From contig CAWCNS010000006.1 in assembly GCA_963796965.1 (NCBI GenBank), positions 288,001 to 352,000 on the forward strand: 64,000 nt of DNA. The letters run 5' to 3'. Position 1 is the first letter of the stretch. Every line of letters starts with the position of its first letter. The translations under genes and the position numbers were made by a program. The notes under the pieces are model-generated. The model was given only the letters and a program-made list of their open reading frames with translations. It was not told the origin of the DNA and did no database searches. This stretch comes from Calditrichia bacterium. GTDB taxonomy: Bacteria > Calditrichota > Calditrichia > JAJRVZ01. Of this stretch, positions 43,840 through 54,807 are shown one piece after another.

Positions 43840-45539
43840 TTATTTAAATCTCCGTGTGATCAGAAGCGTATAATCGTCGGTAAGGGGCATATCGCCGGTA
43901 TGTGCACTAATTGCTTTTCGAATCTTATCCTTAAGCTGAAGACTGGATAGCGTAAGATTTTCTATGATTACTTTTTTCAAGTCCAGACATTTCAAATTCT
44001 ACTTCTTCACTGTCCATGGCTTCTACTAACCCATCCGTATACATGACCAAGTTTATCATCTTTATTAAATGGACCGTCTTCGCTTTCATATTCCCAGGGC
44101 ATAAAACCAATAAAAATACCCCCCGTTTTTAATTCCTGCATTCCCCCTTTTTATTAACCAATAGTGGCGGATTATGTCCGGCATTTATATAAGTTAAGAC
44201 TTGATTTATGATGATCATATAATCCGATAAAAAAAGTAATATACCTGTCGGCTGTTGTCTGACGAATAATTGCCTCGTTCAGTCTTGAAACAACAGGAAG
44301 AAGATCATCACTATATTCAAGAAAAGCTCTAACGTAGCCTGCATATTGGAAACGACGAGAGCGCCTGGAATTCCTTTTCCGGAAACATCAGCAACGAACA
44401 AAATATAAACGATTTTTATCCAGTTTAATGATATCATAAAAATCTCCCCCAACTTCTTTACAGGGGATATACTCTGCGGCAATTTCCAGATAGATTCGAT
44501 TCGGAATTGATTGAGGAATTAATAAATTTTGTATTTCTGCGGCAACCTGAAGTTCCTTGTCCAAGCGTTCTTTCTCTATTGCAGCAAATAGTAAACGGGC
44601 ATTTTCAATTGATAGTGCGGCCTGAGACGCAAAAATGGTGAAAAGTATCTGATCATTTTCATTAAACGGCTTTCCATCCATTTTATTAATCAGGGTCATC
44701 ACCCCGACAACCTTTGATTTATGAATCATCGGTACACAGAGCATCGAATCGGTTTTGAACCCACTTCTTTTATCAAAAGAAGGATCGAAACGGGGATCAG
44801 AATAAGCATCCGGAATAAGTACAGCTTCCCCTGACTGAGCAACCCAACCGGAAATTCCTTTTCCAATTGGTAAACGGAATGGTTTTACTTCCTTGGCCTT
44901 TGGGCCAAGGGTAACCTTAAATTCCAGTTCATTTGTTTCCTCAATGACAAGCATCAAGGAGGCTGCTTCTGCCGGCATCACATTCTGACTTTTTTGCATG
45001 ATATATTCAAGCAGGGAATCGAGATTGTCCGAAGACTCCAGAGCATGTGTAATTTCATGCAGGGTAACCATTTCCTTGAGCATCTTTTGCATCCGCCTTA
45101 ATGATCCTTCAAGATCCTGTACTAAATTTTCATTATTGATTAAATTTCCGATATAACTGCAGGAGAAGGAGGCCATTTCAATCTGCCGATCGGTAAACAC
45201 CGGAACCGGAGAATTTATTGCCACGAAAGCCACACATTTATCTTTTAGAAAAATCGGTGCCAGGGCGTGCACGTTAAAATATTCGCAAAGACTCGTTAAT
45301 TCAGAATTATCCCCTAAACTGTTTTTAAGTATAATTTCCTCGGGTCTAAAACCTTTATCTGATTTTAGTTTAAATGATTTTTTATCTAGTTTCTCGGTAT
45401 CAAGAATCGGCTCACATGTACCGTCTTTTGAAAGACTTATTATAGAAATTTTTGTATAATGGAATAGATCCTTTTGTATTCCCAAAATCTCTAATACTGT
45501 TTTTTGCAAATCTTCATGTAATATCAAACAATTTTCCAT
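43840..45539 (-). CDS. GAF-domain PP2C phosphatase (SpoIIE/RsbU family), several frameshifts
   Basis: GAF domain, EVGGDFYD, ADVSGKG, YINAGHNPP, YTDGLVEA, TDDYTLL. Confidence 0.9.
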
Positions 45540-45898
45540 AAAAGTTATTCTGTTTTAATAATGAGGTCTATCGTTGAATACCTGGTTTATTAATATATGG
45601 TTATAATAAGAAATATTTTTTTAATATTTCCATTTTTTTTCAATTTGCCGAAAACTTTGTTATTAAGACAAAACTTTTTACTGTCAATGGGACGATATGA
45701 ATAGTTTCTTATAATTAGCTTTTTATTTTAACTATGTTTCAAATATTTAACACCAGGAAAAGTTATAAGTCGCTATTATTGCATGCCTCTGACTATTTCA
45801 TTCATTTGAATGCTTGTTTAAAAGTTATTAACTTCCGTAAATTTTTGGGGAATACTCCGTCTTGTATTAATGATCCGGTTAACCAACCTGGAGGGAAA

Positions 45899-46612
45899 AT
45901 GAATAATTATTTTTTATTAATACTGACTCTCTTTTCGTTCTCCCTTCTTTATGCTCAAACCCAATCAATGACTGAACAGCAGGCATACTCGTTTTTGCGT
46001 GGTGATGGAAAAAACTTTCCGCCAACTTTCTGGAATAAACCTATCGGATTGAGCAAAGTCGATATAACCAGCTCGAGTAATAGGGTTTCATCCATGAACA
46101 ATTTTATTTGTGATGCCATGCTTGAAAGAACTGAGACAGACTTTGCTTTTATCAATTATGGGGACATTGCAACAAACCTTTTTCAGGGAGAAATTACCGA
46201 GTTAGATTTAGTTGCTATTTGTCCCTATAAAAGAACACTTGTTGTGCTTGAAGTAGATGGAGCATTTTTAAAAGATTTACTTGAATCAAAAATCAGCGGT
46301 TTTCGCCCCGGTCTCGCTATTGCCGGAGGAAAAGTAGAATACGACATACAACGCCCCAGTGAAAACAGGTTAACTTTTTTTCAGGTCGGTGAACATCCTG
46401 TCTATCCAAAGAAAGATTACCGGATTGTAACAACTGATTATTTAGCAAAGGGCAATGCCGGTTTTGAATTCTTAACCACTGTTGATTCGGTAAATGTTTT
46501 CAATACGGAAATACTCTTGCGAGAAGCTGTTCAGGACTACATTATACGTCATACACCTCTTGGGCCGAATAACGTACGGTTAGACGAGAGGTGGTTAAAA
46601 AAAGAAAACTAA
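45899..46612 (+). CDS. Exported stand-alone 5'-nucleotidase C-terminal domain protein
   Basis: Signal peptide after GGAGGG; MNNFICDAM..TDFAFIN..GEITELDL..LVVLEVDG..YRIVTTDYLAKG; no metallophosphatase domain. Confidence 0.8.
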   Translation: MNNYFLLILTLFSFSLLYAQTQSMTEQQAYSFLRGDGKNFPPTFWNKPIGLSKVDITSSSNRVSSMNNFICDAMLERTETDFAFINYGDIATNLFQGEITELDLVAICPYKRTLVVLEVDGAFLKDLLESKISGFRPGLAIAGGKVEYDIQRPSENRLTFFQVGEHPVYPKKDYRIVTTDYLAKGNAGFEFLTTVDSVNVFNTEILLREAVQDYIIRHTPLGPNNVRLDERWLKKEN

Positions 46613-47652
46613 ACAAAATCAGCAGCATGTTTCTGATTAAAACGACCAATTGAATCCTCAATTTTGACACAAATATTTTGTTGAGAGGATTCTGAAGCTA
46701 CACGGATGGCATTTGCAATTGCCTTTGCATTCGATCGCCCATGCGCTTTAATCGCTAACTTTTTGAAGCCCAGAATAGGTGCACCCCCATATTCACTATA
46801 ATCAGTTCTTCTCCCTAATTTTTTTATCCCAGGAGCCAGAAGTGCCATAGCAATTTTCCAGCTAATTTTTTTCTTAAAAGCGTATTTACCCGTTTCTTTA
46901 ACTACGTCTGCAACACCTTCAAGCATTTTTAAAACAACATTACCCATAAAACCTTCGGTCACAACAACATCTGCAATACCCTTGGGGATATCTTTTCCTT
47001 CAATATTACCAATAAAATTTAACTCGTCTGCCTTTTGAAGCATTGCATAGGTTTCTTTTAATACATCTCCCCCTTTGGTTTTTTCTTCACCAATATTTAA
47101 TAAACCAATTCGGGGTGCGGGGATTGTGAGTACTTCGGATAAATAAAAACTACCCATAAAGGCAAAATGTACCAATTGTTTGGCTGAACATTTGAGTGTG
47201 GCACCCACATCCAGCATGAGGGCAAATCCGCTTTTATTTTTTTCGAACTTGGCTGTCGGGTAAACTGTTGCAAGGGCCGTTCGTTCAATTCCTTCAATAA
47301 CCGGTATATGTCTTGCCGCAGCGAGTATGGTGGCTCCTGTATTTCCAGCGCTAACTATTGCATCTGTAAGATTTTCATTGACTAACTTCGCAGCAATGTT
47401 GATACTGGCATTATCTTTACTTTTTACTGCTGTTTTTGGATCTTCATCCATCATGATCCATTCATCAGTATGTATTATCTCGAAGGACCTCTGGGTTCCT
47501 GATTTTTTTAATTCGCTTTCAATCGTTGACTGTTCACCTATTAAAGTAATTTCCAAATTCGGAAATTTCTCCGCAGCAATCACCGCACCGCGTATTATTT
47601 CACCAGGAGCATGGTCACCCCCCATCGCATCCAACGCAATTCTCGTCGCCAT
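46609..47652 (-). CDS. plsX: Phosphate acyltransferase PlsX
   Basis: RIALDAMGGDHAP, VSAGNTGA, LLNIGEEKTKG, GFMGNVVLKMLEG, YGGAPILG, KAHGRS. Confidence 0.94.
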   Translation of the reverse strand: MATRIALDAMGGDHAPGEIIRGAVIAAEKFPNLEITLIGEQSTIESELKKSGTQRSFEIIHTDEWIMMDEDPKTAVKSKDNASINIAAKLVNENLTDAIVSAGNTGATILAAARHIPVIEGIERTALATVYPTAKFEKNKSGFALMLDVGATLKCSAKQLVHFAFMGSFYLSEVLTIPAPRIGLLNIGEEKTKGGDVLKETYAMLQKADELNFIGNIEGKDIPKGIADVVVTEGFMGNVVLKMLEGVADVVKETGKYAFKKKISWKIAMALLAPGIKKLGRRTDYSEYGGAPILGFKKLAIKAHGRSNAKAIANAIRVASESSQQNICVKIEDSIGRFNQKHAADFV

Positions 47653-47861
47653 TTGATTCCTCACACGTTAATCTGAAGTAGAATCAAAAATAACAAAAAC
47701 TTATCGCTATGTGCAAGTTAATATAAAAAAAGTGGGTTGTAACGATTTTAAAGTTAAAAGCGTCAATACTTTCTTTGGGGAAAGACATCATGCTCCTTAC
47801 TAGATACTGGATATATTCATAGCATAATACTAACGATATGAACTATTGAGGATTGGGAAAA

Positions 47862-47930
47862 TTGCCACAGAAACACGCAGAAAATAAAAAGTAAGTTGGA
47901 AGCCCTGTGCTTTTTATGTCTCTGTGGCAA
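47862..47930. repeat. Repeat family B palindromic element
   Basis: ttgccacaga ... tctgtggcaa, perfect 10-bp terminal inverted repeat. Confidence 0.7.
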
Positions 47931-47944
47931 AATCACTTTATTGT

Positions 47945-50900
47945 CTAGACATTTTGATTAGCTTCCTTCAGGTTATCCTTGCCTGAATATAAGGTATACA
48001 GAACCGGTACTACGATCAGGGTCAGGAATGTGGACATTAAAAGCCCGCCAATGATCGTCCAGCCCATGGGCGCCCAAAGCGTACCACCCCCTAGAGTGAG
48101 CGGAAGCAATCCGCCAACTGTTGTTGCTGTGGTTAATATAATAGGGATAAATCTGACTTCTCCTGCTGTCTTTATTGCCTCAATAATTTCCATACCATCC
48201 CGGCGAAGATGGTTGATATAATCCACCAATATGATGGAATTATTTACCACAATACCTACCAAACTGGCCAGGCCAATTCCGGCCGTAAATGAAAACGAAT
48301 TGCCTGTAATCAGAAGGGCAAAGAGTGATCCTATGATAGCCAAAGGCATGGCCGAAAATACAATTAGCGGTTGTGAATAGGAACGGAATTGCAGGACCAG
48401 AACAGCGAAAATGCCAATCACCGCTACAATAACCGCCTGCAACAATCCTCCAAAAGATTCCTCTCTTTTTTCCAGTTCACCTCCGATGCTGTAACGATAA
48501 CCTTTGGGCCATTCTAACTCATCCAATTGTTCAATGATTGCCTGTGTTACATCATCAACCGAAATATCACCAATAACATCAGCTGGTAACGGTGACATTT
48601 CGTTCAAGATTATAGTGATTAATTTTCATCGGTGAGGCTACAAACTCAAATGTAGCAACCTGACGAAGTGGAATCTGGGCGCCGGAAACAGAAGATACAT
48701 AAATCTTATCAAGATCTTCATAATCTAATTTTCCGGAAAAGGGTAGACGAACAACAATATCATACTCTTTTCCTTCTTTGTCTCTGAATGTTGAAACAGG
48801 CAGACCGGCAACACTTGCCCGTACAGTTTTATCAATATCTACCAAAGGGATTCCATAAAATCCGGCTTTATCCCGATTAATGTTTACGCGAATATCCGTT
48901 TTTGTTGTTCCCAGTGGATTATTGATATTTATCGTTCCTTTTGCACCATTAATGATTTTCTCAACATCAAAAGCAATGGTTTTTAGAATGCTTAAATTAT
49001 CACCCAGGATTCGAATGGCAATTGGCGCCTCCACAGGTGGGCCTTGTTCAAATTCTTTCACTTCAATTTTTACACCCGCCAATTGGCTCAGTTCTAATCT
49101 TAAATTTTTTAAGAGATTATTATAATCATTCAGATCAACTTCATTTAGGGTTACAAAAAATTGAGCGTGGGTGTTTGCACCTTGTCTTGGAATAACATTG
49201 TAATATATGCGTGGGTTGCCATGCCCGATATTTATTGCATAATGCTTGATTGCTGGTATTTCGAGCAGAAGTGAGTCAATTTTATTGGCAAATTCTGTGG
49301 TTCTGTCCAGATTGGTACCTTGAGGTGTATCTACATTGATAATAAATTGGGGCTTCTCCGCCTTAGGGAAAAAACTTACACCCACTAAAGGAAAGAGAGC
49401 CAGACTAGAAAGAAAAAATATAATCGTCAGAACGACAGTAAATACAGGTTTTTTTAGGGCAAAATTCAGGGTTGTGCGATAACGGTTTTCTATTTCATGG
49501 TTTAGCATATTTCTTACCATTCTCGTTTTCTGAACATCTCCGATATTCAAAAACTTGCTTGAGAGATAGGGCGTGAGTATCAATGAAATAAGAAGTGAAG
49601 CTGAAAGCGTATAAACAACTGTGACCGGCATACTACGGATAAAATCTCCGGTAATATTTTGCATCATCATTATTGGTACAAAGGCTAATACCGTGGTGGT
49701 GGTTGAACTTATAACTGCCCAGGCAATCTGGCTTGTTCCTTTTATTGCCGCTTCTTTATTTGATAAACCCTTTCGTAAATAACGTGAGATATTTTCAATA
49801 ACTACAATCGCATTATCTACTAACAAACCCAGAGCAATTACCAGCCCGGCGATAGACATCTGCTCTAATCCAAATCCACTAAGATCTACGAACCCTATTC
49901 CAATCATAATCGAGACCGGAATTGCCAGAATTACAATGGTGGAGGCCCTGAATCCAACAGCAAATAAAACAACTAGCCCAACAAGAAATAAACCTTGAAG
50001 CAAGTTTAGAAAAAAACCGTTGAGACGTCTTGCCACACTGGAAGATTGATCAAAAACAATATCTAGTATAATATCTGATTTTAATCCCACCTTAAATTCT
50101 GATATCTTTTGCTCTAATTCTTCCCTTATCGTAAAAATATTGGTTCCTACTTTTTGACTTGCAGTAATATAAACAGCCGTTTTTCCCTTAAAGCGCGCAT
50201 AATATTTATTGTCTTCATAATCATTTGAAATATCTGCAATATCCGAAAGGTAGAGAATATTATTTTCTGCACTATTAACAATTGTTTTTTTAATATCGTC
50301 AATGGTTTCATAAGAACCACTGGTTTTTACATTAAATCTTTTTGCACCAATATCAACATAACCACCCGGGATATTTTGATTGGCAGCTTGTATGGAACCC
50401 ATAACCCGGTTAAGACTAATTTTGTTTTGTGCCATGCGTTGAAGATCTACAGAGATTCGGATTTCCTGTTCCGGATAGGCCCAAATTTTGATTTTCTTAA
50501 TACCCCCTACTTTTTCTAAACCCTTTTTTAATCTTTCTGCCTCATGTTCCAGCTGCCTGTATCCGGAAGAATCTGACATTAAAGCTAATTGCAGAATCTG
50601 CACATCTGAAACTGACCATTTTTGAATTTCTAAACTGAGAATATTATCTGGTAAATCATTTCTTATGCTATTTACTTTTTGCACAACATCTGAATATTTA
50701 TCATCGGGATCACTACCTGAGACAAACTGTATATTTATGGCACTAACACCATCACCGGAATATGATTTTATATGTTTAATATCTTCAAGTTCATTGAGGA
50801 CTTCTTCAATTGGGTCCGCTACCAATTCCTCCATATCCTCGGGTGTGGCCCCTGGATATATAATAAACACAGTACTTGCTGCCGGAGAAACCTGAGGATC

Positions 50901-51008
50901 TTCTGAACGGGGCATTGTGAGAAAGGAGACCAGCCCAAAAAGTATGAGCAAAAGAACAAGCATGATTGCAAACTGGTGATTTTCTATGGCTAATCGGGGT
51001 AAACGCAT
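47945..51008 (-). CDS. RND efflux permease (AcrB/AcrD/AcrF family), frameshift near 48585
   Basis: IYPGATPEDMEELV, LGLLVDNAIVV, GIVVNNSIILVD, RFIPIILT. Confidence 0.93.
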
Positions 51009-51048
51009 TGTATTTCTCCTGGAACGATTTGAATCATTACTTCATCTG

Positions 51049-51145
51049 TTGAAAATTCGCTGTTGGCTATTGGAAATTTTCACCTTCTATAAATTATATA
51101 AATTTCCAATAATCAACAGACGAAGTCCCACGTTCGAAATGGGAC
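51049..51145. repeat. Repeat family A inverted pair inside the efflux operon
   Basis: ttgaaaattcgctgttggctattggaaattt ... aaatttccaataatcaacagacgaagtccca; about 24 of 31 identical to 24172-24202. Confidence 0.65.
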
Positions 51146-52195
51146 TCAATTAACAATTTCAATCATACTATTTTCACTTAAATAGGATACACCTTCAGTA
51201 ATAACTTTATCCACATTTGCCAGGCCTGATCTTACCAATAATTTATCTCCTACTATATCTGCAATTTCAATTTCTTGTTTACTAACCATTTTGCCTTCTG
51301 TGTGTGGTATATAAACAAATCCTCTACGTTTTTCACCTTCAACCATTGATTCAATGGGAATAATGGCATACGATTCTTCTTGTTGGGGCATTATTTTTAC
51401 TTTTCCAATAAATCCGGAATAAAGTATCTTTTTTCCTGAATGAATTTTTAATTCAACTTCGAAGGTACCGGTATAGGGATTTGCAACAGCTTCAATTTCT
51501 GTTATATGGGCTGTAAATTCTTCATTAGGATAAGCATCAAACCAAACTTTTGCTTTGTCCCCAATTTTAAGCCTGATTATCTGCCGATCTGTTACACCAG
51601 CACGGATTACCCAACCATCTTTGTCAGCCCCAAATAGAAATATCGGAACGCCAGAGTTCGTTAATTCACCTTCTTCAGCAAATCGTTTCAATACTTTCCC
51701 ATCTTCCGGAGCGACAATTTCTGAATGATGAAGATTAAACCTGGCTACTTTTAGATCCGAATCTGCAATATCCAGCGCTGTGTGTGTGTTTTGTAACTGT
51801 TCAAGGGTGGCTACACTGTCCGAATAAAGCCTTTTTACCCTGGCCAAATCTCTTTCTGCTTTTGCGAAGGCACTTTCAGCCTGTTTAACCCGGGCATTCA
51901 TTTCTACAAGATTTAATATGGCCAATCGTGCATTTTTTTTTACATATTCCCCCTCGCGGACAAAAATATTATCTATAATGCCAGGGATTTTAAAGGAAAG
52001 TTTTGATTCTGTCGACGTATAGACCCTTCCGCTGGTCTGGATCGGTAATGATAAAGACTTCATAATTACCATCGATGTTTTCACGATTATCTTGTCTGTG
52101 TTTTTTGGTGGTTCTTCTTTGGTTGAACAAGAATAAAAGGTTGTCACGATCAGGATAAAGATAATAACTAGAATTTTGACTATGGTTAATTGCAT
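51146..52195 (-). CDS. RND periplasmic adaptor (membrane fusion protein)
   Basis: Lipobox-like FYSC; LSFKIPGII..VREG..; IVAPEDG. Confidence 0.92.
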   Translation of the reverse strand: MQLTIVKILVIIFILIVTTFYSCSTKEEPPKNTDKIIVKTSMVIMKSLSLPIQTSGRVYTSTESKLSFKIPGIIDNIFVREGEYVKKNARLAILNLVEMNARVKQAESAFAKAERDLARVKRLYSDSVATLEQLQNTHTALDIADSDLKVARFNLHHSEIVAPEDGKVLKRFAEEGELTNSGVPIFLFGADKDGWVIRAGVTDRQIIRLKIGDKAKVWFDAYPNEEFTAHITEIEAVANPYTGTFEVELKIHSGKKILYSGFIGKVKIMPQQEESYAIIPIESMVEGEKRRGFVYIPHTEGKMVSKQEIEIADIVGDKLLVRSGLANVDKVITEGVSYLSENSMIEIVN

Positions 52196-52245
52196 TTTAT
52201 CCTCCCAAATGTATATTACTTTTCATTTCTTTTAAATTCATATGT

Positions 52246-52338
52246 TTGTCATTCCGAATTTATTTCGGAATCTATATCACGGGATTTAAAGATTCTGATA
52301 TAAACCAGTCCCGATGACGATCGGGATTCAGAATGACG
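52246..52338. repeat. Repeat family C element carrying a nested small palindrome
   Basis: tgtcattccgaatttatttcggaatct ... gattctga[...tcccgat-gacg-atcggga]ttcagaatgac. Confidence 0.75.
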
Positions 52339-52377
52339 ATATTTACTATTCTTCGCTTATCTACAACTACTTTAATT

Positions 52378-53757
52378 CTATTCTTCGTCCAATTTATACG
52401 CCGCAACAATCCGTTCATATTCAGCATAAGTGATATAATAATCATAACGGGTGATCACTTCATTTATGGCCGAATTTGTAAGGGTTGTCTGGGCATCGAG
52501 ATATTCTATTTGTGAAGCGATTCCTTCTTCAAATTTTTTACGTACAATTCTAAAGGAAGCTTTAGAACTTTCAAATTGTTGTTTAACAACTAAAATTGTT
52601 TTACGGGCAACATTCAGATTATCGAAAATTCGTTCAACTTCTAATTCAATCATATTTTTAATTTCATCCTCTTTGGTGAGCATTTTCTTTGTTTCCAGAT
52701 GCGCCTGTTGTATTCTTGCCTTGTCCTGAAAACCTCTAAAAAGATTCCACTGCATGACTAGTGATGCCATCCAGTAATCATCTTTGTCAGAAAAGCTGTA
52801 TTCTTCTCCCTGAAAACCATAATCAAGCACTGCATTAATTCCTGGAAAGTATTGACTTTTAGCGATCGAAGCCGATTGGTCTGCCGCAGAAATGGCCTTT
52901 TTTATCTGTTTTAGCTCCTCTCTTCTCTGAAAAGCCTGTTCTCTTGAACTATCATAATCTGAGATTAAAGGAATTATTAGATTATTTTGGCCCGTGGTAT
53001 CTATAGGGCTATCCAGGGGTCGATTGATAATAAAGTTGAAATAGGAAGCACCTTGTCGTTGCAGATTCTCAACGTACATTTTTTCCCGTTCGGTTATGCT
53101 CAGTTCGGCCTCCGCGCGAAAAACTATATTTTGCGTTGCAGATCCTGCCTGGAAAAGTTTTTCGCTTACCCGCAAATTCTCTTTTTGCAGGTTTTCTATT
53201 TTTGAATACAATTCCACAACCATTGTCGCTTTCATAAAATTATAATAAGCCTTTTTAATTTCATTAATTAGGCGACGCTTATACATATTGGTTTTTAATT
53301 TTTCAATATCCGTTAAGTCAGATTTTAATCCATAGTTGCTCCAAATTGCGGGTTGAAAGATAGGCTGGACAAGGCGGGCGCGGGTTTCATGTTCTCGTTC
53401 ACGTAGAAACGGCGTGGTCTGGTTCGGGATATCTTCTGGAAAGGCGGGATCTATCCCCTGTGCTTCTAATAAAGCATTAAGTGTTTTATAAATTGGATTA
53501 ACCAGATCCCCAATCGGTATAACTATTTCTCTCCCCCCCCCGGCTCTTGTATATCTAGCACCGATATCTATTGAGGGAAAATATTTCCCTTTGGCTTCTT
53601 TTAAAGCCTCCATGCTTTGGGCCAACGAGAACTTTTGTTGCTTAAGAGCAAGATTGTTGTTAAGGCCTATTTCGACGTATTTCTCCAAAGGATCATCTTG
53701 GGCATACAGGCTCGTCAAACAGAGAATGCCTGCGAAAAATATTGCTAAACGTTGCAT
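52378..53757 (-). CDS. TolC family outer-membrane efflux protein
   Basis: Signal peptide; two OEP repeats (KYFPSIDI, QYFPGINA..QWNLFRG); KFEEGIASQIEYLDAQ. Confidence 0.92.
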   Translation of the reverse strand: MQRLAIFFAGILCLTSLYAQDDPLEKYVEIGLNNNLALKQQKFSLAQSMEALKEAKGKYFPSIDIGARYTRAGGGREIVIPIGDLVNPIYKTLNALLEAQGIDPAFPEDIPNQTTPFLREREHETRARLVQPIFQPAIWSNYGLKSDLTDIEKLKTNMYKRRLINEIKKAYYNFMKATMVVELYSKIENLQKENLRVSEKLFQAGSATQNIVFRAEAELSITEREKMYVENLQRQGASYFNFIINRPLDSPIDTTGQNNLIIPLISDYDSSREQAFQRREELKQIKKAISAADQSASIAKSQYFPGINAVLDYGFQGEEYSFSDKDDYWMASLVMQWNLFRGFQDKARIQQAHLETKKMLTKEDEIKNMIELEVERIFDNLNVARKTILVVKQQFESSKASFRIVRKKFEEGIASQIEYLDAQTTLTNSAINEVITRYDYYITYAEYERIVAAYKLDEE

Positions 53758-53785
53758 AATTAAGCTCCGCGACTATATTACAATT

Positions 53786-53802
53786 AATGACTATCGGTCA
53801 TT
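53786..53802. promoter_or_regulatory. Putative TetR operator upstream of tolC
   Basis: AATGAC-TATCG-GTCATT palindrome; motif recurs at 54502-54516. Confidence 0.75.
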
Positions 53803-53818
53803 TCGTTAGTAAAAAATT

Positions 53819-54457
53819 TTAATTTGTTAGGGCATGCGCAATAAGTTCAAAGTTATAATCAATTACCTCTTCAGCTGTGAGGGAGAAATTTGGCAACAAA
53901 ACTATTTTTTCTCTTAATGTTGAAATTTGTATAACCCCTGTCGTTTGACCCCATAAATTCAGCGCAGTTTTTAAGGGATCCAAATCTGATCGTATGGATC
54001 CGTCTTTCATCCCAATCTCCAGAGATTTTATTAGCAATTCCAGGGTCGTTTTACCCTCCATCAGACATTCGGTTGCCACTGAGTCCTGATCTTTGAAGTC
54101 TATTTCTCTTGATTCATAATAAATAAGGGCATTAAAATAATCTGGGTAGGTTTTATAAAATTCTACATAGGCACGGCCAATTGCTTTAGTTTTTTCAAGC
54201 CCGGTTTTATTTTGATCAAAAGCTTTTTCAAACATGGCACGTAATATTTTATTTCCGCGCAAATGAATAGCCAGATACAAGTCTTCTTTATTCTTAAAAT
54301 ATAAATACAAGGTACCTTTACTTAACTCCGCCTCCGTTGCCACATCATCCATGGTGGCATTTTCATGTCCCTTAGTAAAGAAAATGCGTTCAGCTGCATT
54401 AATTATATCCTTTTTTCGCTGCTCTTTTTCCCTCTCTTTTCGTTCTGCAATCCCCAC
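53819..54457 (-). CDS. TetR/AcrR family regulator
   Basis: IINAAERIFFTKG..ATMDDVATEAELSKGTLYLYFKNKEDL. Confidence 0.95.
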   Translation of the reverse strand: MGIAERKEREKEQRKKDIINAAERIFFTKGHENATMDDVATEAELSKGTLYLYFKNKEDLYLAIHLRGNKILRAMFEKAFDQNKTGLEKTKAIGRAYVEFYKTYPDYFNALIYYESREIDFKDQDSVATECLMEGKTTLELLIKSLEIGMKDGSIRSDLDPLKTALNLWGQTTGVIQISTLREKIVLLPNFSLTAEEVIDYNFELIAHALTN

Positions 54458-54501
54458 AAACACATCCTTTTCTATAAGTATATTTAATCAATGAATAATT
54501 T

Positions 54502-54557
54502 ATGACCCACGGTCATTGTTTTGGCTACAATATAATATCTGGCATTTATAAAAGCAA
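54502..54557 (-). promoter_or_regulatory. tetR promoter with downstream operator
   Basis: TTGCTT-17bp-TATATT (54557 to 54529), then ATGAC-N5-GTCAT at 54502-54516. Confidence 0.72.
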
Positions 54558-54807
54558 CTTTAATAAGAAATCTGGATCCAGGAAACTTTATGAAGATTTC
54601 GCAAAAAGCTCAAAGTTTCTCTAAAACAAATAGGTAGGTGTTTTCAAATTAAACTATTTTACTACGTCTCGACAGAATTATAGAATCTATATAAATATTT
54701 ACTTATGATAAATTTCGTGTTCATCGTGTTTCCTTTGCGCTTCTTCGTGAGACTCTTTTAGTATTACAAAGTGTCGCAAAAACTCAAAAAGTATGAAGCA
54801 TCCAGTA

